Of a stretch of DNA of 64,000 bases, positions 25,433 through 39,674 are shown piece after piece. The position numbers and the translations under genes were made by a program. The notes under the pieces are model-generated. The model was not told the DNA's origin, did no database searches, and saw only the letters and a program-made list of their open reading frames with translations. The DNA is taken from positions 56,770,950-56,834,949 of the forward strand of contig NC_068990.1 in NCBI RefSeq assembly GCF_001194135.2, given 5' to 3'. Position 1 is the first letter of the stretch. Each line of letters begins with the position of its first letter. The DNA comes from Octopus bimaculoides. Lineage: Eukaryota.

Positions 25433-26898
25433 CTTTATGGAATTAAAGGGAGCTATAAAGAGTCCTTCACAAAGTAATTCTCATAATAGAAATGTTAGCC
25501 ACAGGCCATCATAACTATTATTACCATGAACTTGGTACTTGCAGGTCTACAGATGCTTCTATTTACCTCTTATGCTACTAATGCACCAAAGGTCTTTTAA
25601 GTTGCCATTGAGAGCCAAAGAGAGGGATTCTATATATTTGCTTGTACTGCTAGAAAAGGCAGCTAAATTTCTCTCAAATTTTTCTAAAATACAGAAGGAT
25701 ATATTGGCTAAAATGAATTGGCCACAGCTGGAATCTTTTTGGTCTTGGCTCTGTCCATTCAGGATTGAAGAAGGTTAAACAACAATGACTAACCATTGGA
25801 CACTAAGCATTAGTGGTGAGGCTGTAAACATGAGGTAAGCAGATCAAGTACCAAGTTGAGTGGAGAAAGAGGAGGAGGAGAAGGAAGGGCAAGATAATGG
25901 TGGTGGTGTTGTTGGAGGTGGTACTACTGATGGTGATGATAATGATGATGAGGAGAAGGAGGAGGAAGAGGAGAAGATAAAGGAGGTGGATTAGAAGAAT
26001 ACAAAAGGAGGAGGTCAAGGAAGTGGAGAAAAAAGCATGTGGAACAAGGTGAATTAGAGAAGTACATGATGACAACAAGGAAGTGAAAGGAGGTAAAGAA
26101 GAAATCGAATAAGGCAAGATAATGGTGTTGTTGTTGTTGCTGTTGTTGCTATTTGTAGTGGTGGTGATGCATTACTGATAATAATAATGGTGATGATGAT
26201 GATGATGATGATGACCTAATTGCATTCATAAAGCAAATCAATTACCCCCTTCTAAACATATTTAATGGTGCCATATCAATAATTTCTAACAGCTCATTGT
26301 ATGGTGTCCAAATCTGTCTACCCTTACAGATTCTTCTAGCAGCATGTCAGAAGATAGTTTTACATAAATACCCATTGAGATATTTACTGACTTCATGAAG
26401 AAATCATTAGTTCGAAACATTAATACATATCAAATATCAGCAACAAGCTTGTATCTTGGAACTTAGCATCATTAGAAGACATTTTGGAGAGAATATTAGT
26501 GTTTATGTTAGTCACAGAATTTAAATGTTTAATTTAACATTATAATTCATACAATAGACTAAAGGGATGTAGGAAAAATAAGAAATGTGGTAGATTTGGA
26601 CATTTTGGTAAATTAATTTGGATTTACACCTGAAGTTCTTCTAATAAAATATAGTCACAAATATTCACTAATGCATCGCATTTTCAGTAGTCTACTTTCT
26701 TTTAATGTAATTATATATTTATGGTTACACACGATGTAAATATTCATGTGAACACCATACATATGCACACAGACTCACACACACTAATATTTATGGGACT
26801 GTGTGTACATATGTGTATTTGTGTGTGTATGTATATATATATATATATATATGTGTATATATATATACATACATATATATATGTATTATGTATTTATG

Positions 26899-26963
<65 letters not shown>

Positions 26964-28014
26964 TTATGTATTTATATATATATATACATATAAATGTATC
27001 CATATGCACAAAATACACACATTCCCATATATGAAGGAGCATGTATATATATATATATGTATATATATTTTCATGTGAAATATATATGTGTGTGTTTGGA
27101 TAAAAATGTAAATGTTTTCTAATCCCTGAACAGCTTTCATATGTTAATGCCCAGCTCTGGTTTCATGATGTAAAAGTGGATATACAGATTGTCAGTCTAT
27201 GTACAGTAAAATATCCAAAAGATCTGATGTGCATTTCTAGCAATTATGCCAACAGAGGCACATAGAATTAAATGTACTGATCAAATACACATCAAAATAT
27301 CCGCAGTTGATTTGAAATCAAAACTTAACAGCCTGTCAAATATCACATTAATAGGTCCATTTTGGTTCTTCACAAACATGTTTCCATATATATATATGAT
27401 TGATTATTGTCACATTTATATAAATATCATCATTGTTTTAATGTCCATTTTTCCATGCTGATATGAGGCTGGATGTGAGTTACAATGCAGTAATCTACTA
27501 TATATCAGAATCTTATTTCATGTCATCTAAGAGGCCCAACATTACTAAATCGTAGCTAATCAAATAAACATTGGGTTTTCTTTCATTAATTGCCAGTAGA
27601 AAATTTCACCGAAATTGCAGTCTTCATTTGCATTACATGTTCAGGGATTGTGCAGATATGGTGACTGAATGCCATTAGACCCCTTAAATGAAAATAGGAG
27701 AAGAACTGAACATGAGAAATCAGGGATAGCATTGGAGATAGACTGGTTGCTCACTTATTGCAAGACTAAATCAAATTCTATCGTATAGGCACTGACCATA
27801 ATCATTGACTGATAAAGTAAAGGGAAAGTAATTAACCAACAAATACATGATAGCACTATCTTGAACCAGACATCAGAAGGCAGGGGTAAACTTGAGACTA
27901 ACTGGAAAAAATACTCAGACACATCTGATTAGAGAAGCTTTATTCACAATTTCTTCTGATTCAGGAGATTAAGTGAGACATGATTATATTAATAATATCT
28001 CTATTATATGGAAT

Positions 28015-28350
28015 GAAGGTACATGGTTCAGTGGTTAGAGAGTCAGACTCACAATGATGAGGCAGTGAGTTTGATTCCTGGACCAGACTGTGTGTTGTGT
28101 TCTTGAGCAAGACACTTTATTTCACTTTGCTCCAGTTCATTCAGCTGCAGAAATGAGTTGTGACATCACTAGTGTCAAGCTGTATTAGCTTTTACCTAAC
28201 ACTTGGATAACATTGATGGCTGGGGAGAGAAGTTGGTATGCATGGGTGACAGCTGGCCTTCCATAAAACAACCCTGCCCAGACTTGTGCCTTGGAAGGTA
28301 ACTTTCTAGGAGCAATCTCATAGTCATTCATGACTGAAGGGAGTCTTTAC
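28015..28350 (+). mobile_element. tRNA-derived SINE family C
   Basis: A-box-like TGGTTCAGTGGTTAGAG, B-box-like GAGTTTGATTCC, then TGTTCTTGAGCAAGACACTTTATTTCAC. Confidence 0.8.
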
Positions 28351-28389
28351 CTTTACCTTATATTATACGGAGCATTAAGCAACTAATCT

Positions 28390-28718
28390 CACTTTATTGT
28401 TGGCACTCTGTCGCTTACAGCCTGCTCGTGAAATTAATGTGCAAGTGGCTGAGCACTCCACAGACACGTGTACCCTTAATGTAGTTCTCGGGGACATTCA
28501 GTGTGACACAGTGTGACAAGGCTGACCCTTTGAATTACAGGCACAACAGAAACAGGAAGTAAGAGTGAGAGAAAGAGTACAGCAGGGTTCGCCACCATCC
28601 CCTGCCGGAGCCTCGTGGAGCTTTTAGGTGTTTTCGCTCAATAAACACTCTCAGTGCCCGGTCTGGGATCCTATGACCGCGAGTCAGCTGCCGTAACCAC
28701 TGGGCCATTGCGCCTCCA
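28390..28718 (-). mobile_element. SINE family C variant, CpG-rich (young)
   Basis: Reverse complement starts GGAGGCGCAATGGCCCAGTGGTTACGGCAGCTGACTCGCGG (A box TGGCCCAGTGG). Confidence 0.85.
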
Positions 28719-30540
28719 TAATCTCACTTTATACAATATAAAGAAAGGGAAGAGTTGTCTTGTGTTTACAAAGAATGTTTTAAAATGTATCAATAGTACA
28801 CTTTTTTTCCCCAGGATAAATGTACTAAATTAATCAATACCTATCTAACACCATAAAGATATCAGCAGTCTCTAGTGTAGTGGTGGTATGCTCTTAGGCA
28901 GGTCCTGTGCATGTGAACCTTCTCCAGCATTCTGTATATGATTTGGGAGGTCCTGAACCCTCGTCTTCTAGAGTTAAGTAGATTACTGGAACTTTGGTTG
29001 CCATGGCTTGGGATAAATACTGGAGTGGTTTCCTGTTGCATTCTCTGGGCAGGTGGGATTTGAACTCAGAATGTAGAGAGCATCACCCTAACCATTAGGC
29101 CACATGCCTTCATATAGCAACTGTAATAACATATTAATAAAGTAGTAAGTAATCACTGGTGGACCACATAATGCTAACATAGCAGTGGAATAAGCTTTAC
29201 TTGATTTAAAAGTATACTTGAATACAGCTTTAAACATAAACTGAAGAAAAAGCAAGAGTTGGTATCAGTGTATCAGCACAAAAACAAATTGTAAGAAGAG
29301 AGCCTCTGAAATTAGGAGTCCAAATGATTAGTAAATAATGATTTAAAAAGAATAAAATTTAATTATAAAATGATAATATCTACTTAAGATTTGTGTTGAG
29401 CATCATTATAAAATATTAACAAAAAGAATTCCAGTTTATCTATTTCCCCACCAAATTCTTCACCTCTTGATTATTAGATAAGCCGGACCACCTTATTACT
29501 TATCGAAATAAGCTTTTCTATTTAGCAATTATCAACCAGACAGTGTAGCTAATATTTCTTGGAATAATACCGTGATTACAGATTAATTTTCTTAGCAATA
29601 TTTAAATATGCTCTGCTCCCCAGTGTATTACTTCTGACATAAATTATAGAACTACATTGGATGCTTTACAGTCTCTAGTTTGTAGCATTAAAATACAGAT
29701 CCATCTATAAAATTTGGCAAATAATCGAATGTTTAAAATGTTTCCCTCAATAATAAATTCCTACAAATAAGTAATTCTTTGGTTGCTATGGCTTGAGTTA
29801 AATATGATAAGGGAATAAAAAATTCCAAAGCATATTTCTAGTTTATAAAAGTGAAGTTATGACAAAGTGCTTGCAGTGCAAATCACATTTTCTCAAACCA
29901 ATGAGATTGGTTGGAACAAAATTTTCTTAATGCTTTTGACAAATGGGTGAATAATCAAGTCAAATAAAATCATCCTTGAAGTCATTCCACTACTGGGGAA
30001 ACCTGAAATTTTCTATTGATCGTTCCACCTTGGGCTTTCTTCATGCATTTTGCTAGCCTTGTATGGAATCAAATATTGGTGTAATTTACACCTAACTATT
30101 TCATTGCATTTAATGTTCATGGTGGCACCCATCTCCTACCCAGGATATGGGAATATGGGTGCAATTGGCTCTCAAAGAGATCATCGACCTATGATAAGCT
30201 TTGTTTTATAATCCTACTGAAATCTCAGATGCCCTCCTCACTAGGTAGGCTTAGTTTGGGTTTTCTGACACCTTCCTCACTGGATAAGCCAAGTAGGGGG
30301 CTGGTTTAGTCATTGATTACTTGACTACAAGCAGATAGTATAGCAACTATAGTTAAATAGTTACTAGTAACAGATTTCTGTCAGCCTGAGATGGAATTGG
30401 CTCCAACATACCATGTCTTGTATTAAAAAGGAATTTCAGTAGATAAGTTGATGAGATGTTACTTTTCAGCTGCAGACCAAGGGAGTGAACCATGCCTCGA
30501 ACAGTATTACACTAACTTCTTATTCAATGGTTTTAATATC

Positions 30541-30998
30541 AAGGCAGCTAGCTGGCAGAAATGTTAGCACACCGGGTGAAATGCTTAGCAGTATTTTGTC
30601 TGTCTTTATGTTCTGAGTTCAAATTCCACTTAGGTTGACTTAGCCCTTTATCCTTTTGGGGTTGATAAATTAAGTACCAGTTGCATACTGGGGTCAAACT
30701 AATCGACTGGCCTTCTCCCCCAAAATTTCGGGCCTTGTGACTAGAGTAGGAAAGAAAAAGTAGAAAATAATATTTTTAATATCAAGGCGGTGAGCTGGCA
30801 GAAATGTTAGCATGCCGGGTGAAATGCTTAGCAGTATATCGTCTGTCTTTACGTTCTGAGTTCAAATTCCACTGAGGCTGACTTTGCGTTTTATCCTTTT
30901 GGGGTTGATAAATTAATTACCAGTTGCATACTGGGGTCGATCTAATCGACTGGCCCCCTCACCCAAAATTTCGGGCCTTGTGCCTAGAGTTGAAAAGA
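30541..30998 (+). mobile_element. Two tandem SINE family B copies (30541-30760, 30784-30998)
   Basis: Both begin ATATCAAGGC..GAGCTGGCAGAAATGTTAGCA and end GGGCCTTGTG..TAGAGT.GAAA. Confidence 0.9.
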
Positions 30999-31904
30999 GT
31001 ATTTTTAATGTCTCATTCCTTGATTATCAGATAGCAATGCTATTGACGGTGAAGTGATACACTAACTAGAAACTAATGAAAAGTTTAGTAATTTGTAGTG
31101 TTCAGATTGAACCTTGTCTCACAAACAGAAAAGTGTAGATTTCAGAAATGGTGATTATGCTATATTGTAAATTCCTTCAGGGTACATAAATATGAATATT
31201 GATTTATACAGAAATATATGCTTACATGGCAGCATATTATATTTGTATAATACGTAACATGGGATATTAACAAAGCATATTAATTAGTATCCTTTCTTAC
31301 CATTTAATGATAGAAAATTTTGAGCAAACATGAGTAAGACAATACTTTATAATCTAATTATATAAATCAATATTACTAACAATAATACAACTAAATTTAT
31401 TTAGCCATTCTAGGATTCTTAATTCAATAAAGTTTAAAAGATTGCAAATTGTTGTGTAAAAAGTTTGTGAATAGTATAACAACTTGCAAATTTGTGTAAA
31501 ATCAGTGCAGCATGAATAGTCTAAAATTATGAAAACCAATGAAATGATTTAAAAAATTGCTGTTTGCCAAAAAGATTTCAAATAATTGGTCTTTACATTT
31601 CTAGTACAAATGAAGTTTTTTTCTTCGTTTTTTTTTACAGTTTTGCTATAAGTTTTTTGAATTTGCCTTTCATATAAATCCTTTTGATTATATTACTGAT
31701 GAAATAGAAATTCAAAGAGGCACTGTTCCTATGAAGCATTGCACATGTGCACACAGGCACATGTTTTGTGATCAGGGCACACAAGAAATTAATGTTTGTG
31801 CAAAATGTTGGTTTCCTAAATTAATCTAGTAATTAATTATATTTATCATGTACTCCATGTATTTGTACTTTTGTCAAAACAAAACAAAAAAAAAATGAAA
31901 TAAA

Positions 31905-32125
31905 ATTGTGCAATGTACGATTTCCATACCCATGACTATTAAAAACTTTAAAGAACAAGACCAGATATTGCAACAGCTTGGGCTTCAAGAGCCTACAGCT
32001 CTTCAATATCCTCCCAAAAAGCCTGAGAGACCTACAAGAGGCAGATGTGGGTGTCTTCAAAACAAAACTGGACCTCCTCCTGTCAAGAGTTCTGAATGAA
32101 TCTACCCTGTGGCAGAAAATGCAAA
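31905..32125 (+). mobile_element. CR1/L2-group LINE, decayed ORF2 C-terminus
   Basis: TRYCNSLGFKSLQLFNILPKSLRDL...DVGVFKTKLDLLLSRVLNE matches the LFN-LP--LR...FK--LD-FL--VPDEP terminus of CR1/L2-group elements. Confidence 0.65.
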
Positions 32126-33189
32126 TGAGGATACTAACGTCAATAGTGGTGCCCCAGCACAGCCACAGCTCTTGAGCTGAAACCAGTAAAAGAAAATAAT
32201 AATTGATGAAGCGGCAAGGATTTTTGTTATTCTTAAATGAATATTTACTAGCATCATTTTTCAAGCTTTGATTTAGGATATTCAAACCATTTTATCATTT
32301 AGAAACCAGTGGTTTCATTCTTTTTCTCTTTGTCTTTCCTTCTTATTCTTATAATAAATGTACCAATTCAAAAATATAAAGAAATTTGAACATCTAAAAT
32401 CTAAGCTAGAATTTATTACCAGCAAGCATAAATTTAAGACGAATTCTTATACTGTCACCCGCTCCATCCTCTGTAGCAGTACACATAGGATTTGATATCA
32501 AATGCAAATTCAAAACAATAATAGAAGAGAAAACTGACAATAAAACAATACTGCTAAAATATTTCAGTTGGGCCAGGACGGTTGGAAAGATAAATTATTT
32601 GGAATCTATTGGATAACGATATTTTTTTTTATTCTTTTCTTTTATTGGATTCAGTCTTTTGGGACCATATTCATGCTGAGGCACTAAGTTCGATGGTTAT
32701 AGTAATTTAGAAGGACTTCAGTACTTGACATTTTATCCATCTCAACTGTATCACTAAAGGGAAGTAACTATGATTAATATTTGTTACAAATTTTGGCACA
32801 AGGCCATCAGTTTTGGGGAGGGGATAAGATGATTACATCAACCTCAGTACTAATTTTATCACCCCTGAAATGATGGAAAGCAAAGTCATTCTGGGCAAAA
32901 CTGATGTCTTGATACTGGTAAGTATTTTCATTCAGTGCACCTATTTATTGACCATCCTTCACTAATATACATACACATGCATACATGAAAGGCTTTTGCA
33001 CAGTTTCTACCTACCAAACTTTGCTCAAAACTTTTCAGTAAAAATTGTCTGAGACACCACATAGTGGGATTGAACCCCAAATCATAGAGGATTTGGGGAA
33101 TGAATTTGACAGTTTGCAAAAAAGGGAAAGAAAACACTAAATCCCATCCAAATTTAAAAGTATTTAAAAAAATTAAAAAATAACTAGAT

Positions 33190-33860
33190 TATGGCAGGAA
33201 ATAACAGTTTACTCAAAGTAGCCACCCTCAGCTTCCACCACAGACTCAAGATGGTTCCAGAACCTGGCACATGTGTTCCTCACTGTGTCCCTAGGAAGAT
33301 TTTTGAACACCTCCTTGATTTTGGCCACCAGCTCAGCCTTGATGTTGCAGGCAGAGCAGTTGGCATCCTTCTCAATCACATCCTACACAGTAATCCATGG
33401 GATTACAATCAAAGGAATTAGGAGGCCAAATATTGGGGTTGGTGAAGGCATCAAAATTCTCTGACAGCCATATCTCACTCATTCCAGAGGTATGGCAAGG
33501 AGCTAAATTCTGCTTCCATACATAAAGCCTTCCACCAGCAACCCTCTTCATCCAGGGATTGATCACATTTTCCAGTAGTTTCACATAGCTGTCTAAATTG
33601 AGCCTAAGGCCCTGTTCAAAGATGTGGGGTGGCATCATGTCAACTTCACTGAAGACTCACCTAAAGACCATCACAATCTGAGAAACTTAGTTTTCATGAT
33701 ATCCATATCATGTCTTATAGCCTTTATGGTGTTTACAGAGCATTGAGCAGCAATCATTTTGTAGGTATTTTGACTCCTGGCATGAATCATCATGATACAG
33801 GTAACTCTTTTCCAATATTCAAATAGCTTTGAGTCCTCCATGTCAGCTAACTTTCTCCCA
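33190..33860 (-). mobile_element. maT/DD37D-like transposase relic with internal deletion
   Basis: MPPHIFEQGL...YVKLLENVINPWMKRVAGGRLYVWKQNLAPCHTS...WPPNSFDCNPMDY; decayed form of QQDSAP-H...WPPNSPD-NP-DY. Confidence 0.75.
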
Positions 33861-34945
33861 GCTACAACTTAAAACTATGTTCTCCGTTGCTATTGGTTGT
33901 TTGCCAATACATCAAACTGTTCCTCAGGGAAAGATTTCCTAAGACATCTTCAAATTTAGCCCAAACATTCTGTAAAGTTTCAAAGTAAACTTCAGCAAGT
34001 TTGTTCAAGAAAATTAACCATATTAAATGTACATTAAACATACGCTAAACTTTTGAACAAACTGTGTATGTACATTCCATTTGATAAAGAAGCATCTGAA
34101 TTTTAGGATCCAGTCATTTAAGGAAAGTAGCAGAGGAAGTTATTTTCAACACAAGAGAGTTCAATATATTGTGACATTGGGAAAGAGTAATCTGTAAAAG
34201 ATCCACTAAAACAGCTGAAGAAGAAATGATGGTCTTTATAAAGAAGAATTAAATGGATTTTGTAAGAGGTTAGTTTGTGATAAGTGCTGAGATACTAACA
34301 TTTATTGATTGTCTTGTTGAAACTGGGGTCAACTGAAATGCTTTTAGCTTAGTGTTTCTTGTAGCATATCCATTGATAAATGCAGTGAAAGGTAATGTTA
34401 CCAGCAGAAGAACAGAAACCAGACATATTTCATCACTGATTCAGTAATGATTTTGATTCCAGATTTTCTTCTGCATGCCTATTGATTACTGCAATATTTT
34501 CAATGGTGATCAATCTATATAAGACATGTAAATATCAGGGGACCTTTTGAATAAACTGAAATATGAAAGATAAAAATTGTCACTGCAGTGATTTATAATA
34601 TGATTTACTTTTCAAATATTTCTATGCAGTTCAAGAAACCACAGAATACAGGTGACTCAGTTATTAATGTAACTTCAAGTTACTGACTTAATCATCAGCA
34701 GGAGTTTTCAATTATCGATTTCACTTTGTTGGGTAGTGGAATTCAAGTAAAAAAAAAATCACTGGTGTCAGTTGTATAAAAAAATAAAGCAGAGACAGTT
34801 AAAGAAAGGGTTTTAAATTTGAAAATTTAGCCCAAATTTTAGAAAAATTATAGCAGAGCATATTTTATTAGTCCTATAAAACTTATTAATAATGTGTTTG
34901 TTTTTAAATGTTCATACATTTATACAATTTTTTTAAAGACTTTAA

Positions 34946-35164
34946 CCCTTTCATTACCAACCCAGCTGAAACCGGCTCTGGCTCTGAGTACAATGTCTTG
35001 TTTTCATAAGTTTTGAATTAAAATCTTCCACCAAACCTTAGTCACAATTTATGTTCCTAACACTAGCTCAATGGTAACTAAGTCATTTTACTAAATTCTT
35101 TGTAATGTTTAAAGTAATTGAAAGAAACACAGAGCATCTCAAAATAAATACAGTAATGAAAGGG
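34946..35164. mobile_element. piggyBac-type MITE family 1 (219 bp)
   Basis: TTAA on both sides; perfect 12-bp TIR CCCTTTCATTAC / GTAATGAAAGGG. Confidence 0.9.
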
Positions 35165-36127
35165 TTAAATTGAAAATTGAGCACACTGTTTGAGACTCAG
35201 TTTTAATGGAGCAGAATTATGAACAGTGTAAATATTTCAACCACACAAGCAATGAAAATGAAATAATAGAAGGGAGTGAGCCAATGGAGGTGACACTTCA
35301 TTGCTATTCAACCTTCTAGACCTAGCTGCTACATCTCTCTTGTGTATTAAATAAAGGATATATTAGATAATGTAGTTGCAATTATCTCTGGAAAGATATG
35401 AGAATCAGGTTTGGAAGAGCTTTGATCACAGAATTGCTCCCTCAAAACTGCTCTGGGATTAAACAAGAACCAGGAATAACATTATATGAATTTATATTAT
35501 TTGCCTGTATGGCTGAAAAATTTATTAATTTCTTTATAATTAGTATTAATCCTAAGTTTTTCATTCCAGATGAACAGTTGAAATTTAACTAAGGAGAATA
35601 GTAAAGAAACATTGACCTGCTTAGACCAGAGAGTGACATTTGGAAGGACTGAAAGCTAACTCATTCTTCATTCTTTTGTGCTTTACAGATCCAAACCAGC
35701 TGGTTATGGCCAGATAGGAGCACTGCCCTGAAGGAAATTGTCTAAATTCCTTTCAACAAATAAGAAATGAGTAGTAATTTGAGATTTCAAGATGAAGAAT
35801 TATAGAAAATATGAAATAAAATATTAATTTAAGACCCTTTGAAAATGGAATCAATATTTGAAGAGATTTTATATCATAGATATAAACAATACTTAAGTTT
35901 AGATTTTAAGTTTTGAGACTATGAACTTTGTTATAATATCTATATCTACACTGTTTAAATTTGTTCAGTCTTTGATTGTTATCATTCTTGGATATGTACA
36001 AATTTGTAGATAGGATCTCAACTAAGAAAATATATTTTTTAACTTAGGGCAGTAGTGGTTTCCTTATCAAGCAACTAAGTGAATAAGGATATGAACAAAA
36101 GTTGTTTAGAGATGAATGTTCTTAGCA

Positions 36128-36599
36128 CCATCTGGTGAAGAGGGTGGCTGCTGGAAGACACTATGTCTGGCAACAGGACTCTGCACCTTGCCACACAAGC
36201 ACGAGGAACCAGTCATGGCTGTCAGACAATTTCTGCGACTACATCACCCCTAACATCTGGCCACCTAACTCCCCAGACTGCAACCTCCTTCATTATTATG
36301 TGTGAGGTGCAGTTGAGCGAGAGACCAACAAAACTCCTTGTAACACCAAAGATAAACAGAAGACAAGGATTATGGCAGCATTGACCAACTTAAACAACGA
36401 GACTGTCCAGAAGAGTTGCAGGAGATTCCGAAGTGAACAGGAAGCTGTGGTTGAAGCCAATGGCGATTTTATTGAATTTTACTCTTTAGTATTTCAAGAA
36501 ATTTGTATGTAATTTTGGTAAATATATCTGTTAAAATTAGATATCAGTGTAATTTTCATTTTTGTGTAATTTAGATGACAGTTTATTTACTGCACCCTG
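36128..36599 (+). mobile_element. maT/DD37D-like transposon 3' portion with right TIR
   Basis: KRVAAGRHYVWQQDSAPCHTS...WPPNSPDCN...GAVERETNK...VVEANGDFIE; ends GTTTATTTACTGCACCCTG-TA (CAGGGTG-type TIR). Confidence 0.85.
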
Positions 36600-36664
36600 T
36601 ACATATATGTATGTATGCATATAGGTCTGCATTTCTCTCTCTATCCTCTCTCCCTCTCTCTCTC

Positions 36665-36750
<86 letters not shown>

Positions 36751-37231
36751 TGTATATATGTGCATGTTTATGTGTGTCCATATGTGACATGTGTGTGTTT
36801 TTATGTCTACAAACACACACATATTTGGGTCTGTATATTATTATATATTTTTATTTATGTGTTTCAGCCAAGTGGCTGCGGTCATGCTGGTGCACCACCG
36901 TATGTGTATTTATACATATATATCCATGAGTGGCATTTTGTTGTTATTTCTATAATTTCTTTAACTTTTGTCATTCATTTCCTCTGTTTATACAAAAAGA
37001 AATTAGTTTTGAAGTCTTATTAATTTATTTCTCTAACTTCATATTGTCACATATTTTGATAATCTTGTAAACTACACAACAACTTTGTAACCCTCCAGAA
37101 CCTAACATACATATTTATATTCCGGAACTTTCTTTTGGTATAGTCACAAACAATTTTTTTTCCTATGATAATTCCTACTTGAGCGATATCAACATATAAA
37201 CATATTGCTTTGTGTGTGTGTATGTGTGCAT

Positions 37232-37267
<36 letters not shown>

Positions 37268-37322
37268 GTATATGTATACTTATATATACATACATAAACA
37301 TATGTGTTTATATGTGTGTGTG

Positions 37323-37385
<63 letters not shown>

Positions 37386-38769
37386 TTATATATATATATG
37401 TGTATAAATATATATGTATATACATACACACACACACACATATATATACATATATGCTTTGTAAGTAATGATATGTCATCCACAACTCAGTGTGCATATT
37501 AGCAGTGAAGAAAAATAAGGTTCCAACGAGAAATATAAAAGGAAATGTCCAAAGTTTGGTGAATGATTTTGTAAGATAAATCAGTTTTCTTCACTTGATA
37601 CATGTGGGAAGTGAATTTCTTGTTAAAGCCTATGGCTGTTAATTGATGGAACCTAACCGGTAGCTAAATCATTATTTCATTGGTCAAACACTGTTAAATC
37701 TAATTCTTAAGAATATCAGTAAGCAGAGAAGAAAAACAACTAAGATTCACTAATTGTTTCTTTTAGATGTATATTTAAGCTGTTCCTTTCCTTTGGCATT
37801 TTCGCTCAAGATTTTGCAGTGAGATATATTTGCATGACTTTTTTTTTTCTTCTTTCTGTTTCTCATCCTACTAGAGCATTGGTGAGACATTCCTAGGTTT
37901 CTTTACATGACATATAATACTATCTTTCCTTAATGTATTGTCTTGTTTTATACTTTTATATTGTCTGCATAAATAACAGATGAAGTTGAAATACCCTTTT
38001 ATAAGAGCAAAACTAATTATATTCTTAATGACAACACTACCTATTAGGGTTTCTTTTGGAAAGACCAGCTTCCCACTGAAATTATGCACAGGTATTTGTA
38101 AAGTGTCTTGTGCATAAGTAAGTTGAAAAGAATTCTATCTTTTAATGTAAACTTCTTGCCCATAAAGACCTTGAAGGATGTCAACATGATAAATTAGAGA
38201 AATAAAGACTTTAAAATGAGATCATAGAAAACACAGTTCTCTTTCTAGTAAGCTTTGCTCTCCTCAAGTAATTAAAATAAAAACAGTTATAAAATGAGTT
38301 ACTACCATTATCTTGAATAGGTGCATTTTCTGGATGTTTAAGCATTGTGTACACACAAAAACACAAATGCACGCAGATATCAACACATTCATGCGCATAT
38401 TACATACATACTTTTACTTTTCAAAAGTGAGTTAGCAATCTAATGCTAAGACAATAAAATTACTACTATACACACAAAAGGGTTAAATGTGGAGGAATAT
38501 TCTCGATTTGATTGATAACAAGATTTAGCAACATATTAAATAATGTCAGCATATTTGAATGTCTCATCTTATTTTTACTAGATATTACTCTGTATATCAC
38601 ATACTATATTCTACAGATGCATCTATCAAAATTAGATGAACAATATAAAGTATCCTTATAAAATATGATAATATGGATTAACTGTACTATCAGCTGTGTC
38701 TTTATATCCCTATAAACTGCTGTTTTAATATATAAGACTAGTGTTTTACACTGATATGGTGTTTTTTTC

Positions 38770-38935
38770 TATGTTGTGTTTCCTTACCATAACTTAGTAG
38801 TTTGACACTTTGAGAATGACAAAATAAGTACCAAAATATGAAGGGGATCAATATGTCCAACTAAAACATTTGAAGGCAATGCCCTAATATGGCTTCAGTC
38901 CAGTGACTGAAACTAGTAAAAAAATGAAGGAATTA
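38770..38935 (+). mobile_element. Old SINE family A 3' module
   Basis: CATAACTTAGTAG ... AAATAAGTACC ... GTGACTGAAACTAGTAAAA. Confidence 0.6.
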
Positions 38936-39214
38936 AAGAATTGTCTTCAACTGTATATTTTCAAAATGTATGAATATACTTAAACTGTGATAGAAATATT
39001 GTTAACAACTGTCACCCAAGAATATATTTACATGTAAACATTTTAGTGTCTGAAGATGATCACACAATCTGTCCCAAAATTGACAATACAGACAAAAATA
39101 GGAAAGATAACTTTCTTTAGTTCTCTAATATGCTTTAACCATCATAGCTAATACCATTACAGCTAATGTCATTCCAGAGCACTGCCTGCATAAGGTTTTA
39201 TAATTAATGATTTC

Positions 39215-39400
39215 TAGCTTTGGTGCAAGGCCAAACATTTTTAGCTAGATGGGTATTGTGTAATAAATCAATCCCAGTACATGACAAGTACTTATTGACC
39301 CAGGAAGAATGGAAATCAAAGTTGACCTCAGCATGATTTGAACTCAATATCTAGAAAGTTAGAACAAAACACTGCTCAATTTAACACCACCATCTGTCTC
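39215..39400 (-). mobile_element. Old SINE family B
   Basis: GGTGCAAGGCC ... AAAGTTGACCTCAGCATGATTTGAACTCA. Confidence 0.65.
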
Positions 39401-39674
39401 TTCGGTTCAGGCATCCTTACTAGATCTCTGATCTATGGGAAGATAAATTACCATTTAGATGTGCTACTTGTGATTTCTTCTTCCCTTGCCTTTATCATAA
39501 GTTCCTACAGAGCCTTCAAAGGTTACCGGCACTGTACTTCTTGCTCTGATTGAACCATAAAAAATAAATTATCTGATGTTCTACATTTCTGCCACTCAGT
39601 TATTTTATTTTTTATTTTTTTTTTGCCATGCTTTTATGCTACTAATACTTCTAAACATAAAATAACTGAATATG

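Noticed and set aside
25803-26220. GA-rich/GAT-rich ORF-like stretch
   Set aside because: Low-complexity (GAG/GAT/GTT)n mosaic.
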